Source of the DNA: Takakia lepidozioides | Taxonomy: Eukaryota > Plantae > Bryophyta | Assembly: GCA_030704615.1 (NCBI GenBank) | Contig: CM060733.1 | Coordinates: 13,888,001 to 13,952,000, forward strand | DNA length: 64,000 nucleotides | Direction: 5' to 3' | Shown: positions 37,871-49,110 of the stretch, piece after piece | Position numbering within the stretch: the first letter of the stretch is position 1 | Layout: each line of letters begins with the position of its first letter | Notes under the pieces: generated by a model | The model's input: the letters and a program-made list of their open reading frames with translations, nothing else | Database searches by the model: none | Told to the model about the DNA's origin: nothing | Translations under genes and position numbers: made by a program

Positions 37871-38299
37871 TGACGTACCTCTGCTGATGCGGCTGCTGGT
37901 GCTTGAAGCGAGCTGGCGTGGCGAGCTGCTGCGGTGCTGTCACGGCTGCCAGCGGCGCGCGTCCCCGCCACTGTAGGGCGTCTCTCCCCGCTCACCACGG
38001 CTCTCTCTCTCTCTTCAACTCGTTTAGGTCGCGCCTCTGCGGCGTTCCTACCACACAGGGGGGAGAGAGACATCAACCGTGCTTAAGGCAAGAAAGCAAG
38101 AGAGAAAGCGAGGGAGGAGGCGGTGCTTACCTTGGGCGTTGGAGCAGCGTTGGGGCAAACTCCTTGGGGCCTTGCGTCCACCTCGGGCTCAGCAGCAGGT
38201 GTGTTTCTCCTCCACCCTAAACCCCATTCTCTGAACTACCTCTCTCCCAAAGAACAAACGAAAACGGGAGGGGAAAGAGATGCTTCAAGCACTTAGGGG

Positions 38300-38581
38300 A
38301 AAAAAAAGGCGCGGCGCCTACGTGTGACGCCTGGCCGTCGCACGCCTGCGTCCCGCCTTTTAAAAAAAAATGTAAAAATGATATTTGTGACGGCCGGCCG
38401 TCGTTGCTTGCGACCCCCGGCCCCATAAATTTAAAAAAATACGTCGCCCCCCGCGATGGCTTGCCGACGCGGGATGCGATCCCCAGAGAAAAAATTGAAA
38501 AAACTCGTCGTCAAATGCGACGCGAGGATGTCGCAGGAGGTGACGGCCAGCATTTCTGGGTTTAGGGTTTAGGGTTTAGGG
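38300..38581. promoter_or_regulatory. Internal GCGACG-motif cluster plus (TTTAGGG)3 between divergent CACTA genes
   Basis: Same motifs as the left subterminal region, with TTTAGGG x3 at 38561-38581. Promoter role is inferred. Confidence 0.45.
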
Positions 38582-39644
38582 CCTTTTGGGTTTCTTAGTT
38601 TTTATTTTATTTATTTATTTATTCATATGGTACTGGGTTAGGGTGTTTGCTTTTCTTTATGGTGCTGGGTTTTGGATTGGCGGTTTTGGTTGTGGTTCTT
38701 GGGGTTAAAAGGATAAACGGTGTAATTAGGATTCACATACCCAAAATGTGGTTCAATCTGATAATTGCAAAGCGCTGCGTCTCAACAAATATTTCCATGG
38801 TGTGGGCATCCTGAAGATAGAACGAGAGGAAGGATTTACTGTCTTGGGCTCTAGCACCATAGGGATGCTCCGCCTTTGGTTACCAATTTTGAAAGCCCCG
38901 AGGCTGAGACATAGGGTTTTTTTTCAAACGATTTTTGAGAAATGAAAATGTCGGTGGTGTGTGTTAATTAGGATGCGATGGTGAGGAAACATCAACCCGT
39001 ATCCCTTGAGGATGGGGAGGTAGTACCACATATCGATTGTGGCCCTAGAGCGACCGTTTTTCATGGCGAGGAGCCACCCATTGCACCTAATCCAATACAG
39101 GTTGCCGAACACAATCGTAGAAGGGACCGGGGCCAAATTTCAAGTGATGCGGAGGATGTTGACACTCCGGGATCGAGTCGGGCGCGCCGTGGGTTGCCCC
39201 CTCGCGGGCCACCCGTCCAACCACGTCCACCTTTGACCCCCCCGATAAGATTGAGTGTTGGTGCACTAAGTGTTGGGAACGGATACCGCCGGGCGGCACC
39301 AGACCACCGAGGCGGCGACCGCATGTTGTCGAAAAACATTACAAGAAGAACAAGATTGTGGATGCGGCAAAAGTGAGTGTTTTTCCCACCCCTCTCATTA
39401 ACATTCATTTAAGGTACATTTAGGTTTATCTAATAATATAATATGACTGGTAAGCATACATGAATCAAAATTAATAGTGAATGCCAGTGCATGTGCATGT
39501 GCATGTGCCCGATATGACCAGTTGGTTCCCCCAGTAGCACGTAGATGAGATGCGTAGGGTCGAGGGGTGTCGTAGGTGTCGTAGGCGTTATAACCAACGA
39601 CGAGCAGCCCCCTCCCCTCCAGTTTCCTCAGGCGGTCCCCCTGA

Positions 39645-40460
39645 TTGTGGCCTCCCCTCCCGTCTCTTTCTTTGTCTGATCCACCTCTGGTAGTACCTGA
39701 TCCGGACGTTGTACCCCCGGCTACACCTCCGACATTACATCCTCAACCATCTCCACCTCCACCACCACCACCACCTCCACCTCCACGTGCATGTGCCCCC
39801 CGAACCCCTAAGAGGGGTCGGCTTCGTCCTAGGTTTCCTCCCCTTCGGCTTGGGCGGCCTGAGCCGGATCCTCGCCCCCGATGGGAAACGCATGGGATTA
39901 TGTTACTAAGGACCGCCTAGCCTCGTTGTTGGGGGAATCATCTCGATCCTCCCACCCCCATCTGAAAAAATGTGGAGTTCGAGTATTGGGAGAGACGGTA
40001 TGTTGTGAGAGCCGCTACAGACCCTGCTATGGGTCGGGGTTTATTCAATGATATTATGGTTCCTCCTCGGAAAAACAGCATGGTGGACTTGTTTCCCTAT
40101 TACGGTCCATACCACACCCCCGCGGAGTTCCGTACATTACGCCTCGAAATCCCATACATCCTACCCTACATTTTGTGTGTCAACGGACAGGATGTCCGTA
40201 GACGGGGGTTGTCTCCCATTGAGATCAGATTTTGTGATGGTGACCCCGACATCTTCGGCAATGTTGCTGGGCTAGTCAATACTTCTTTTGGTCATCCTAG
40301 GATAACCAATGTAGTATGGGACGAGCGAAGTGATGGGCATGAGAGCTTTTGTGGTCATACATCAGTATACTGTGAGGGGATACACATGTTTGTGATGACA
40401 TGGACTATTAGGGCTAGCAGTAAACTATTTGCATCATACGAGTTCTCCCGAGATGATTAG
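39645..40460 (+). pseudogene. Pro-rich leader plus SET-domain protein inside the CACTA
   Basis: 39972-40460 is open: MGRGLF, FPYYG, DGDPDIFGNVAGLVNTS..NV and TIRASSKLFASYEF correspond to SET motifs GxGLF, YxG, RFINHS-like and ELxxDY-like. The upstream Pro-rich ORF is in the same frame, separated by two stops. Confidence 0.7.
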
Positions 40461-41459
40461 GACCTCCGATTACAGTGTGAGTGGGATGTGTATGATAGAA
40501 ATATGGTTCATGTGAGACAGGGATCGCGTAGAGAGACATTGTAGATATTCTCATGATGTACTTTGTATACATCCGATTAATCGATTGATGTAAATTTTTT
40601 TTCTTGTTGCTCGTGTGGGTTGCAACTTTGCATATGTGATCTAAACATACTTATGCACATGTGGACCAAATATGAGCTTGAACCAAGTTCATTCAATGGG
40701 TCATTCTAGTGTTGAACGCAGCTACGTGTCATAGAGACGGAAAATTGCGTTTGTCTGCAAATGTTTTTTTTTTATCAAGCCATATGCTTAATGATAGCAT
40801 ATGCAATGTGCGTGCAAAATTTGGGAATAAACAAAAGTTATTTGGACCCATAACCAGATTTTGTTCTCTCATTTGCACTCCAAAGTTGAGTTATCTTCAA
40901 ATTCATGCGCTCTTTATAGAGAGTTATGTAAAAAAGACCCTAGAAACACACTTATTTTTTTTTTCCATTTTTTTGCATGGATGTAGTGGTGCAAAGCCCG
41001 ATGTCACTGAACAAAATAGAGCTAAAAATAAAATCATTACACCCCTCAAAACCGCAATCATATATTTTCTAAATGCAAATATTCATTTTAAATTCAATTT
41101 AATTCAAAATTGGTGCAAGGGTGAGTGCATCGTTGGGGAGGCAAATGTTTTTATTTATTTATTTTTTCTGCTGGATCTTTGTACAGGTGTTGCACACATA
41201 TTTAAGCACATGTAGGAAAAAATGAAGCTTGAGCCACATCCGTTTGTTGGGTGCAATGGCATGAGAGGATTTTCTTTCACATTAATAAACAAAAATTGGT
41301 TGATAGGGTGAATGCGTCATTGGGGGGGCATATGATTTTGTTTGGGTTTGAAACTTTGCATGCGTGTATGTTGCGCACATACATGTAATTATTGAATGAC
41401 ATATTTGATGCACACACACATTGAAGGTTGTTGTTTGCATTTCGCTTATAATCAAGTGT

Positions 41460-44400
41460 ATGGTTGCAATGACACATTATAACATATGTAACAACCCAAG
41501 TACATCAGGCGGGAGCCGTGGGCGAGACGCCGCCCCCAAGGTACCGGACGATGATGACGATGACAGTGACAGTGACAGTGAGAACAACAATGAGCATGGA
41601 ATTAACCAGGAGGATCTCTTAATGCATCATGTGGGCGCTGATGCACCCCATGAAGAGGGAACCCGGCCAATCGATGATCCTGAAATGGCCCCCTCAAATG
41701 ACATGGAGAGGGAGACGAGAACTCCCTTGTACGAAGGGGCGAAAGTGAGTCGATTTTCAATAATCTTATTTTTGCTCAATCTTCAAATTCGATTTGATAT
41801 AAGTAATGTTGGATGTCTGCCACAATGCGAACTATTGCAGACTATATCCTTGCTCCACACTTGAAACCCAAGATGCCACGGTCGCGGAAAGAGGCGCGCA
41901 AAGTCTTGGACTATGTGGGGATGGGCTATAAGATTTTTCATGAATGTCCATGTGATAAAACCCTAGACTACGGAGATGATTCGCATCTCACCAAGTGCCC
42001 AAAGTGCAAAAAAGACCGATATCAGGATGATGTCCAAGGGAAAAAAGTACCACACAAGGTATAAGCGTCATTTCCCCTCGCATGGAGATTACTTTCTTTA
42101 ATCTTCTCAATGTATGTAAAGTGTATTCCACAAAGTTTAGGGTTTAGAAAGTAGTACTCATACAAGATCTGATTGTGGTTTTGGAAGGAGTGAGTGAGGA
42201 GTGGAAAGAGCGACGTTTGGTTTTGACCATTCACACCCAAATGATGGAGATGCTGCATAAAGGGAAAGACATAAGGGTGTTGTATTATGTGTGCTAATGG
42301 GATGATTACATGTGGGGGGCGTGAGGTATTTCATCCTAGAAAATGCATTACTTTTCGATCATCCTACGATTGAGGGCACGGTACCGAAGCCTCGAATTGG
42401 CCACACTCATGAGATGACACGCCTCGCATTGGAGACCCCCGGGAAAGATGTGCGGGCCACAAGATTCACAAGCATGGAGGCATATTGAAGAGATGTGGCC
42501 TTTGCTCTTGGAGGACCCACGATATGTCCACGTCGGCTTCTCCTCGGATGGGGTCAACCCATTCTCTGTCCAGTCATGTAGTCATTACACTTGGCCGGCG
42601 ACCATGGTGAATTACAACATCCCTCCGTATCTTTCAATTAAAAAAGACCATATCATGTTGGCTATCATTGTGCCAGGGAGTATATTCATTTCATGTTTAT
42701 TATTGCCTTAGACTTTACATTAAACTTCTGATCTCTGACGCAATTCGGATGCAAGATTGATAAGTGACATAATCATGGAGTAAGACGTGTAATTCATTTT
42801 GTAGTATAATTTGCATATTGGTGGAACATTGAAACAATGATGTGAATGTCTCATAGGGAAAAAACAAGTGGCAAACATGGACACGTGCTTGCGACCTCTT
42901 GTTGATGAACTTAAGGAGCTATGGAGGGGGGTCTCGGCATTGGATGCTTCACTTGACCCTATGGCCAGACAATCTTTTCAGATGAGAGACATCTTACTTT
43001 GGACAATGCATGATTATCCAGGTATATTATGTTTCCCATGAACAACCCGCGTACATTCACTTGTCAATGCCGGATAATATCGATGAGGATTGGGATTGAT
43101 TGAAGTAGCGGCGACAATCTTGTGCACCGTAGTGGGGTAGATGACATTATGGGCCATGCACATGACAACTTTTTGTTTTTGCTAATGTGACGGGATGTGT
43201 AGTACATGACTAACTGTTTGCTCGGGGCTAAGCATCAAAGGGTACCATGCATGCTTGCATTGTGGTGATGATCTTGATGCACATAGCTCCCGCTATCTTC
43301 ACAAGATGGTGTATCCCAACTACCGCAAATTTCTTCCTATGAGCCATCGATGGAGAAGAAGAGAGAAACACTTGTTTGAAGGCAAAAAGGAAGTACGTCC
43401 CCCCTATGACACCGTCCGGGTAGTTTTGGGAGGACTGATGGAAGGAGGCCCATGCGGGCACGAACGGTGAAGTGGATGTGCCCGACACGAAACGACTTTC
43501 AATCTTCTACGAATTGCCATATTGGGCGGTACATATTCCACAAAAACACCGTTAATATCCCTATGCATGCATGTGATATTGGTATGCGTTGCATTGTCAC
43601 TTTCATGTAAATTTTTTTGTGTAAGTCTTTGTGGGTGGGGATATATGTAGGACCTGAAGATTCGCCATCTTCTAGATCCCATGCATATTGAGAAGAATGT
43701 CTGCTCGTCTTTTTTTCGGGTTCTTCTTGGCACACCGACAAATAAGGGAGTGGATGCAAAAGGAGATTCTCTCGAGCTTGAGGAGCATGGTCACATGCGC
43801 CATCTATGGGCCGAATAAAATGGTGTGGACCCAAAGGGTGTTGTACGGTGGAAATATAAGCGCGCACCTTAGCAATGGACAAAAGAGGAATACAAGAAAG
43901 TGATAGCCACCATAAGTGCTGTCCGAACACCAACTGGTTATGGGTCATCCCTCCGTACGAAGTTCAGCGAAGAAGACGAATTCCATGGTTTGAAATTTCA
44001 TGACTACCACAATCTATTGCAAGACATCTTGCCCATTGCAGTACGTGGGACATTGACTCCTGAGGTTCGTTAGACTATCTATAGATTGGGAGACTTGTTC
44101 CGGTGGATTTGCTCGAAAGAGTTGGAAGAAGAAGATTTTTCACGCATGAAGAAGGAGGCGGTGGAGGTAATGTGTATATTGGAGATGCACCTTCTTCCTT
44201 CCTTCTTTGACATCCAAGTGCACTTGGTAGTGCACTTAGTGGAAGAGGCTTCGATTGCCGGCCGCGTTCATTCTCGTGGATGTACTTCCTTAAGCGTTAT
44301 ATGAAGACTTTGAAAGAATTTGTAAGACAAATGACGCACCCGGAGGGGTATACGTTGCAAGAAGCTATGTTTTGTTGCATGGAGTACATGACAAGAGTGG

Positions 44401-45385
44401 ATGAGGAAGCCCCTCGGATGTGGAAGGAAGATGAGGATGCACGAACCAATGACATCGTTTTGCCCAAAAAATCGAAGAGGGTAAAATTGCCGACCTTGGT
44501 GATTGAGTAAGCGCATGACTTCATACTGAAGAACACCCCATCCATACATGAGTGGGAGGCAAGATACAATAATCTTGTTCAGCAACGAGAGGAGGAGACA
44601 TTTGCATGGAGGCGGAACCATCCAAGGCCGGTTACTAGATGCCCACGACGAGGAGCGGGCCGTCGGAATGTTCCTTCACAAAATTTGCCCATGGAATTGC
44701 AGCCTCTAAGTTCATTCCAATAGTGGCTTTGGACTTCAGTTTATGACGCCGTTGCTCAAGAAAAGGTGGTTTCAGATTTGGTGCAAGACATTGCAAGGGG
44801 CCCCTCTTAATTTGCGACATCATACACTGCGGTTTGGGTTCACGGTCATCATTTCCGCATTCGTGCTCTTGACATGAAGCGCAAAACAACCTTTGATTCT
44901 GGCTTGTGTGCCACATATTGGCAAGATTCCGTGGGGCAAGGGAGATACACAACCTGCTATGAGCAAACTTGAGTACATTTGAGAGCTTGAGAGCATACTC
45001 CAACTTCAGTATACAAGGTACCGGCCTCTTCTCTTCAAGGGAAGGTGGTTCCAGCCATATCTTGTGGGGCCCTCCGCAACACTAGTGCAAGATGATTGTG
45101 GTTTCATGCGCGTCAATGCAGATAGGCTCAACCCTACTCATTGTCCCTCCAATGAGTTTTTTTCACGGCCTTCAGACATGGAGCAAGTTTTATTCTCCGA
45201 TGACAAAACAAGAAGGGGGAATTGGAAGGTGGTTGTGCATGCTCAGCCAAGAGGAAGACGTATCTATCATGGTCTCGGATCTCCATGTGGTGAGGCAATT
45301 ACGGTGGATGGAGAGACTGGTCATAATGATGCTGATGATGGAGGTTGGGTAGAGGGGGTAGAAGAGGATGATGACGCCCCGGACA
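41460..45385 (+). pseudogene. tnpD: CACTA TnpD/Tnp2-type transposase, spliced, with stops and frameshifts
   Basis: TPLYEGA, HECPC..CPKCKKDRY, DSQAWRHI..DPRYVHVGFSSDGVNPF..YTWP..YNIPP, LRPLVDELKELW..WTMHDYPG, HLLDPMHIEKNV, LPSFFDIQVHLVVHLVEE, MYFLKRYMKTLK, QDDCGF..EQVLFSDD..WKVV. Confidence 0.93.
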
Positions 45386-45421
45386 ATGCGTCGCAAACCC
45401 CCCCCATTTGCTGTAGTGGGC

Positions 45422-45660
45422 GCTCCCCTGGTCCCCACTCCTCCGCTCCCTGTTATTGCTCCCCGCTCCTATGCTCCTCTATTCTCCGCTCCCTTGTTAT
45501 TGGAGCGGTGAAGCAGTAAAACAGGGGAGCAATAGCACAAGGGAGCCGGGAGTAGTAACAGGAGAGCGGCGGAATAATAACACAGGGGAGCAAGGAGAAC
45601 AGAGCCGTAACACAGGGGAGCGGCGGACACATGGGAGCAAGAATACACACAGGGGAGAGG
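45422..45660. repeat. Fold-back cluster of GCTCCCCTG / CAGGGGAGC repeats (subterminal repeats of a host element)
   Basis: Direct copies at 45422-45500, inverted copies at 45500-45660; related sequence continues left of the CACTA at ~24015-24042. Confidence 0.65.
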
Positions 45661-45810
45661 ACTTAGAAATTTTTTTGAGATGCAAAAATCTAATGGTACC
45701 TCAGTCAAATCCTTAAACATACGATTTCCACTGCACCATGTGCGAGGTTCAAACCCAACAGCCCCGCATTAATAGTCATTGCACCCACCAAGCTACACGT
45801 TGCTTTCTTG

Positions 45811-47420
45811 TCATCGCAGCGGCCCAATAGGTATGTAGTCAAAAGCTAGGATGTCTTTCCTCATCTGTAAGCAGATTGGACACCTGTCAGAACATCTTGC
45901 GCAGTCCCTTTTAAATTTCTTTCCAGAAGTAGGCTCTACACCTACAAGGCACCATCTCAGAGCCTTCGTATGAATCCTCATCACTAGGTGGCATGAGGTG
46001 GGGAGCATGCGGTGTTTCTGTGTCCCTAGTACACAAACGCCACCTCTCTGTCGGTACCAACCCCACAAACAAAAACAATGTAACTTCCTTGGCAAGAGCA
46101 ATAAGATCTGATGCAAGATCTGATGCAAATAAAACTGAACTGTTTACCTGCAACATGTTCCAACGGAGCAGAGTTTGGCCCAACACTCTCTTCCAAGCGA
46201 ACACGCCATGCTGCCAATACCTCTCGTGCATTCTTCAAGCTCTGAGTTGTCCAACCATACCTTCAACTGTGTGTGTAAAACAACCTTCCAATATCAGTGA
46301 GGATCACATCTGTCCCACCCAACATAGAGTCCAATCCCAAATTAAGTTGATCCAACACGTGTGGCAAGCACCACATGACGAAGATCTGGTACTCATTTGC
46401 CTTGTAGAATCCCAATGATTCTATACTCCTTGGCCACCTTGCCCCAAGTCCTGCAGGTCTCAGCTTCTTCACACCATGCATTGCAGCTTCTATATCTTTC
46501 ATCTTCCGATTTTCTTCGGCATACTTTACTAGCATATGATCGTACTTCTTGAATATACACAACGCCAAGGTGTGCATGACATCGTACGTCAAATCACGAG
46601 ATACATCCAAGCCGTATAAATCATACAATCTCCAAAGACATGAATTCCCTGAAATGCCTACTTCACGAGCAACTTCTTCCTTTCTTCTGCCATTCTCTCA
46701 CGGAGAGTGCCATGTTTTCCGCAAGCCGCATGTCAGGTGGGTGTCTCATCTGCAATCTGTTGTCATGGTACTCCACCAAACCCCTGTTGGTAGATCTAGC
46801 CCGCCACCTGGATGCCATATAAGCCACTAGAGGAGGAATCGCTTCACACTTTCTTAGTGTGGATTAAGCCATAGTTCACACCTCCTCAAGGTGTGCAAAC
46901 GTCCTTTTTTTTTCCTACACCTATAGATTGCGTACTTAGTGTTGGCAATGGTGAATAGACTATTAATCCGTTATCCATGACCGTCTATCGTTAAGAGGGG
47001 TACTCACTTCAATAATTGGTGCGGTACTGTCTCCCTGATAACGTTCTTACTTACCGCCAGATCTGTGACAGTGATGCGGGAAGCGCATGAAAGATTCATT
47101 ATAACAATATGTACTCCTCTCTCAAGTGTGTGTTGAGCAGTAGGCTCTGTAAATTCACTGGACGTTAAAGAATCTTTATCTTTATCTCAAGTGGAGAATT
47201 TACACAATCTTTTTGGTCAACATTTCCTACTGAAATTGAGCCTTTGAATAGAGTGTGCAAAACATTGATGTGCTAATGGTTCTTGAGCCTAACCCACCTC
47301 GTCGCCGACTCCATACGCCTTGTGACATCACTTTCTTTATGTCAGCGCCTGAAAAGGCTCGCATTTTGGTGTATTTTGGTGCATCAGTTGAGAGTTTAGT
47401 ATTTGCAACAATGAATGAAA
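45811..47420 (-). pseudogene. Second, divergent CACTA/Mirage-type transposase remnant
   Basis: LYDLYGLDVSRDLTYDVMHTLALCIFKK...LGFYKANEYQIFVMWCLPHVL carries the D.MH and KA.E motifs; also a CPICLQMR..FDYIPIGPL zinc-ribbon-like piece. Confidence 0.65.
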
Positions 47421-47743
47421 GGACAAGACAAAGAATAAGTTTGTTCATTGTCCAATTAAACAACAACAAACATAATATTCAACGGGAAAATGCTGAGGAT
47501 TAATCCCATGACCTAGGTTATGCACAGGCAGCACTATCCACTCAGGGCCTGTTATGCAGACCTTTGATTTGAGTCGAAGATCGAGTATGTAAAGAACTTT
47601 TAAGCTTTTTCCCTCAAAGGAAACCAGTGACTTAAACCTGTGAATCTGCACTTGACGGGTAGATTATAGGTTGTGTAACACTGGCCAGCCTGGGGCGTGC
47701 ATTGCTACGTTTCCTCTACGTTCCCTGGGCGTTCTTCACGCAC

Positions 47744-47847
47744 GGTAAGCCTCCTCGTGTCGGGGACTACCTACACTCGGCCCGCCACTTGGTTACCGCC
47801 TGGTGGTGCGGCTCATTAAGGTAATCCCCTCCACTAGGAGGCTTACC
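47744..47847. repeat. ~104-nt hairpin / mini inverted-repeat element
   Basis: GGTAAGCCTCCTcGTGtcGGGGAcTACC pairs with GGTAATCCCCTCCACTAGGAGGCTTACC. Confidence 0.7.
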
Positions 47848-49110
47848 CTACACTAACAGCATGCTCTGTCGAATTTTCATTGTAACCGCACTAAACTCAT
47901 CCTCCTATAATTATTATTGTACTAGTCGACAAGGTTTTACTTCCATTGAAAATACAGAAGGAAAACAAAACGAAATTCCCAAAAGCAAACATCTAAGTTC
48001 ATCAGCTAACAAACCTCAGCTGCACCGAAAGATCTAGAAGTAGGCTAGACTTCCATGCTCACATAGGTGCCTGAATCAACTCCTATGAAAAAAGAGAGCA
48101 ACATCTCCTAGGTGAAAACAGATCTTTCCATTGTAGACAAGGCAATGTCTAACTGGAACAGAAACAACAGAGGTCTTCAGATATGCACAGTGATGCTATC
48201 GAAGTCCAGTCATTACAGTAAAACAAGATGTAAACTCAGCTTTATAAATGCCAATTGCTAACAAATTGCAATATCTTGCTGCACACTACACAAACTAAAT
48301 GAATGAACCTCTCTTCAACCTCTTGAATGTGTCAAACACTGAGGAATGCAGGCGGACGTAATAGCAGAGGTCAAACAAGATGCCAAGTCAGCCTTCAGAG
48401 TTGTTTAAGTCCCAAAAATGAGTACTCTGTTCCATTTGCAAATACCTAGGATGAGCTGCACTCGAAGTTCAGTAAAGTGTGGAAAGATAGTTGTATCAGA
48501 GCAACAAAAGATTCCACAATCTTCATTGATTGGTTATATAAAAGCTCCTTCTTTTCCCACCAGGAAACAAAATAAGCCAATAAATTTGTGTAATGAGGGC
48601 CACTGATGGTCTAAATGTACTTCCGAATCGAAACAGTAAAACATCAAGTAAACTGCAGACTCCATATATGTAGACCCCCATTTCAAAAAGCGACGTTTAA
48701 TTATGAATTGCAAATCCCCAAAACTGGTAGTGTGTTAGACCCCCATCAAACAACATCAGCAGAACAATGAAGGTGGTCATGTTCATTGCCAGATGACTAG
48801 TTGATGGTCCTCATGTTCATTGCCCTGCCACCTGGTGGCTTGCACCAACTAATCAGTTCTGTACAAGACCGCAAGGAAGCTTCACAGAGCTAGCATCCAT
48901 GCCGTAAGACTTCCGTATGGAGCACAAAGAGATTACTGTGAGAATGCAGGACATCAGAAAAAGCACCTGGTTATGGTGATAAGATGCAGTGGCCTAATGT
49001 ACAGAGTGATACAAGATTTTGCTAGCAGGAAACGTACCCGGATCAATGTAACCAGTAGTTTAGAGCTAGACAAAGCTAATTCGAGGAGGCAGCCCCTGCA
49101 GCCAACCTTT

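Larger units (their letters stand above)
24043..45418. mobile_element. CACTA (En/Spm) DNA transposon, 21.4 kb, with nested insertions
   Basis: Left end CACTACAAGAAAAGGGGGGCCTTTGCGACGC; right end reverse complement CACTACAGCAAATGGGGGGGTTTGCGACGC. TSD GGC at 24040-24042 and 45419-45421. TnpD lies inside. Confidence 0.92.

Noticed and set aside
38561-38581. Interstitial telomere or chromosome fusion scar
   Set aside because: Only three units; consistent with a telo-box or TE-internal motif.
38924-39376. Possible SWIM zinc-finger remnant on the minus strand (IPECQ..LYWI)
   Set aside because: Needs frameshifts and lacks key ligands; too weak to call.
40709-41215. 168-aa ORF inside the CACTA
   Set aside because: GTG start, AT-rich low-complexity composition and no motifs.
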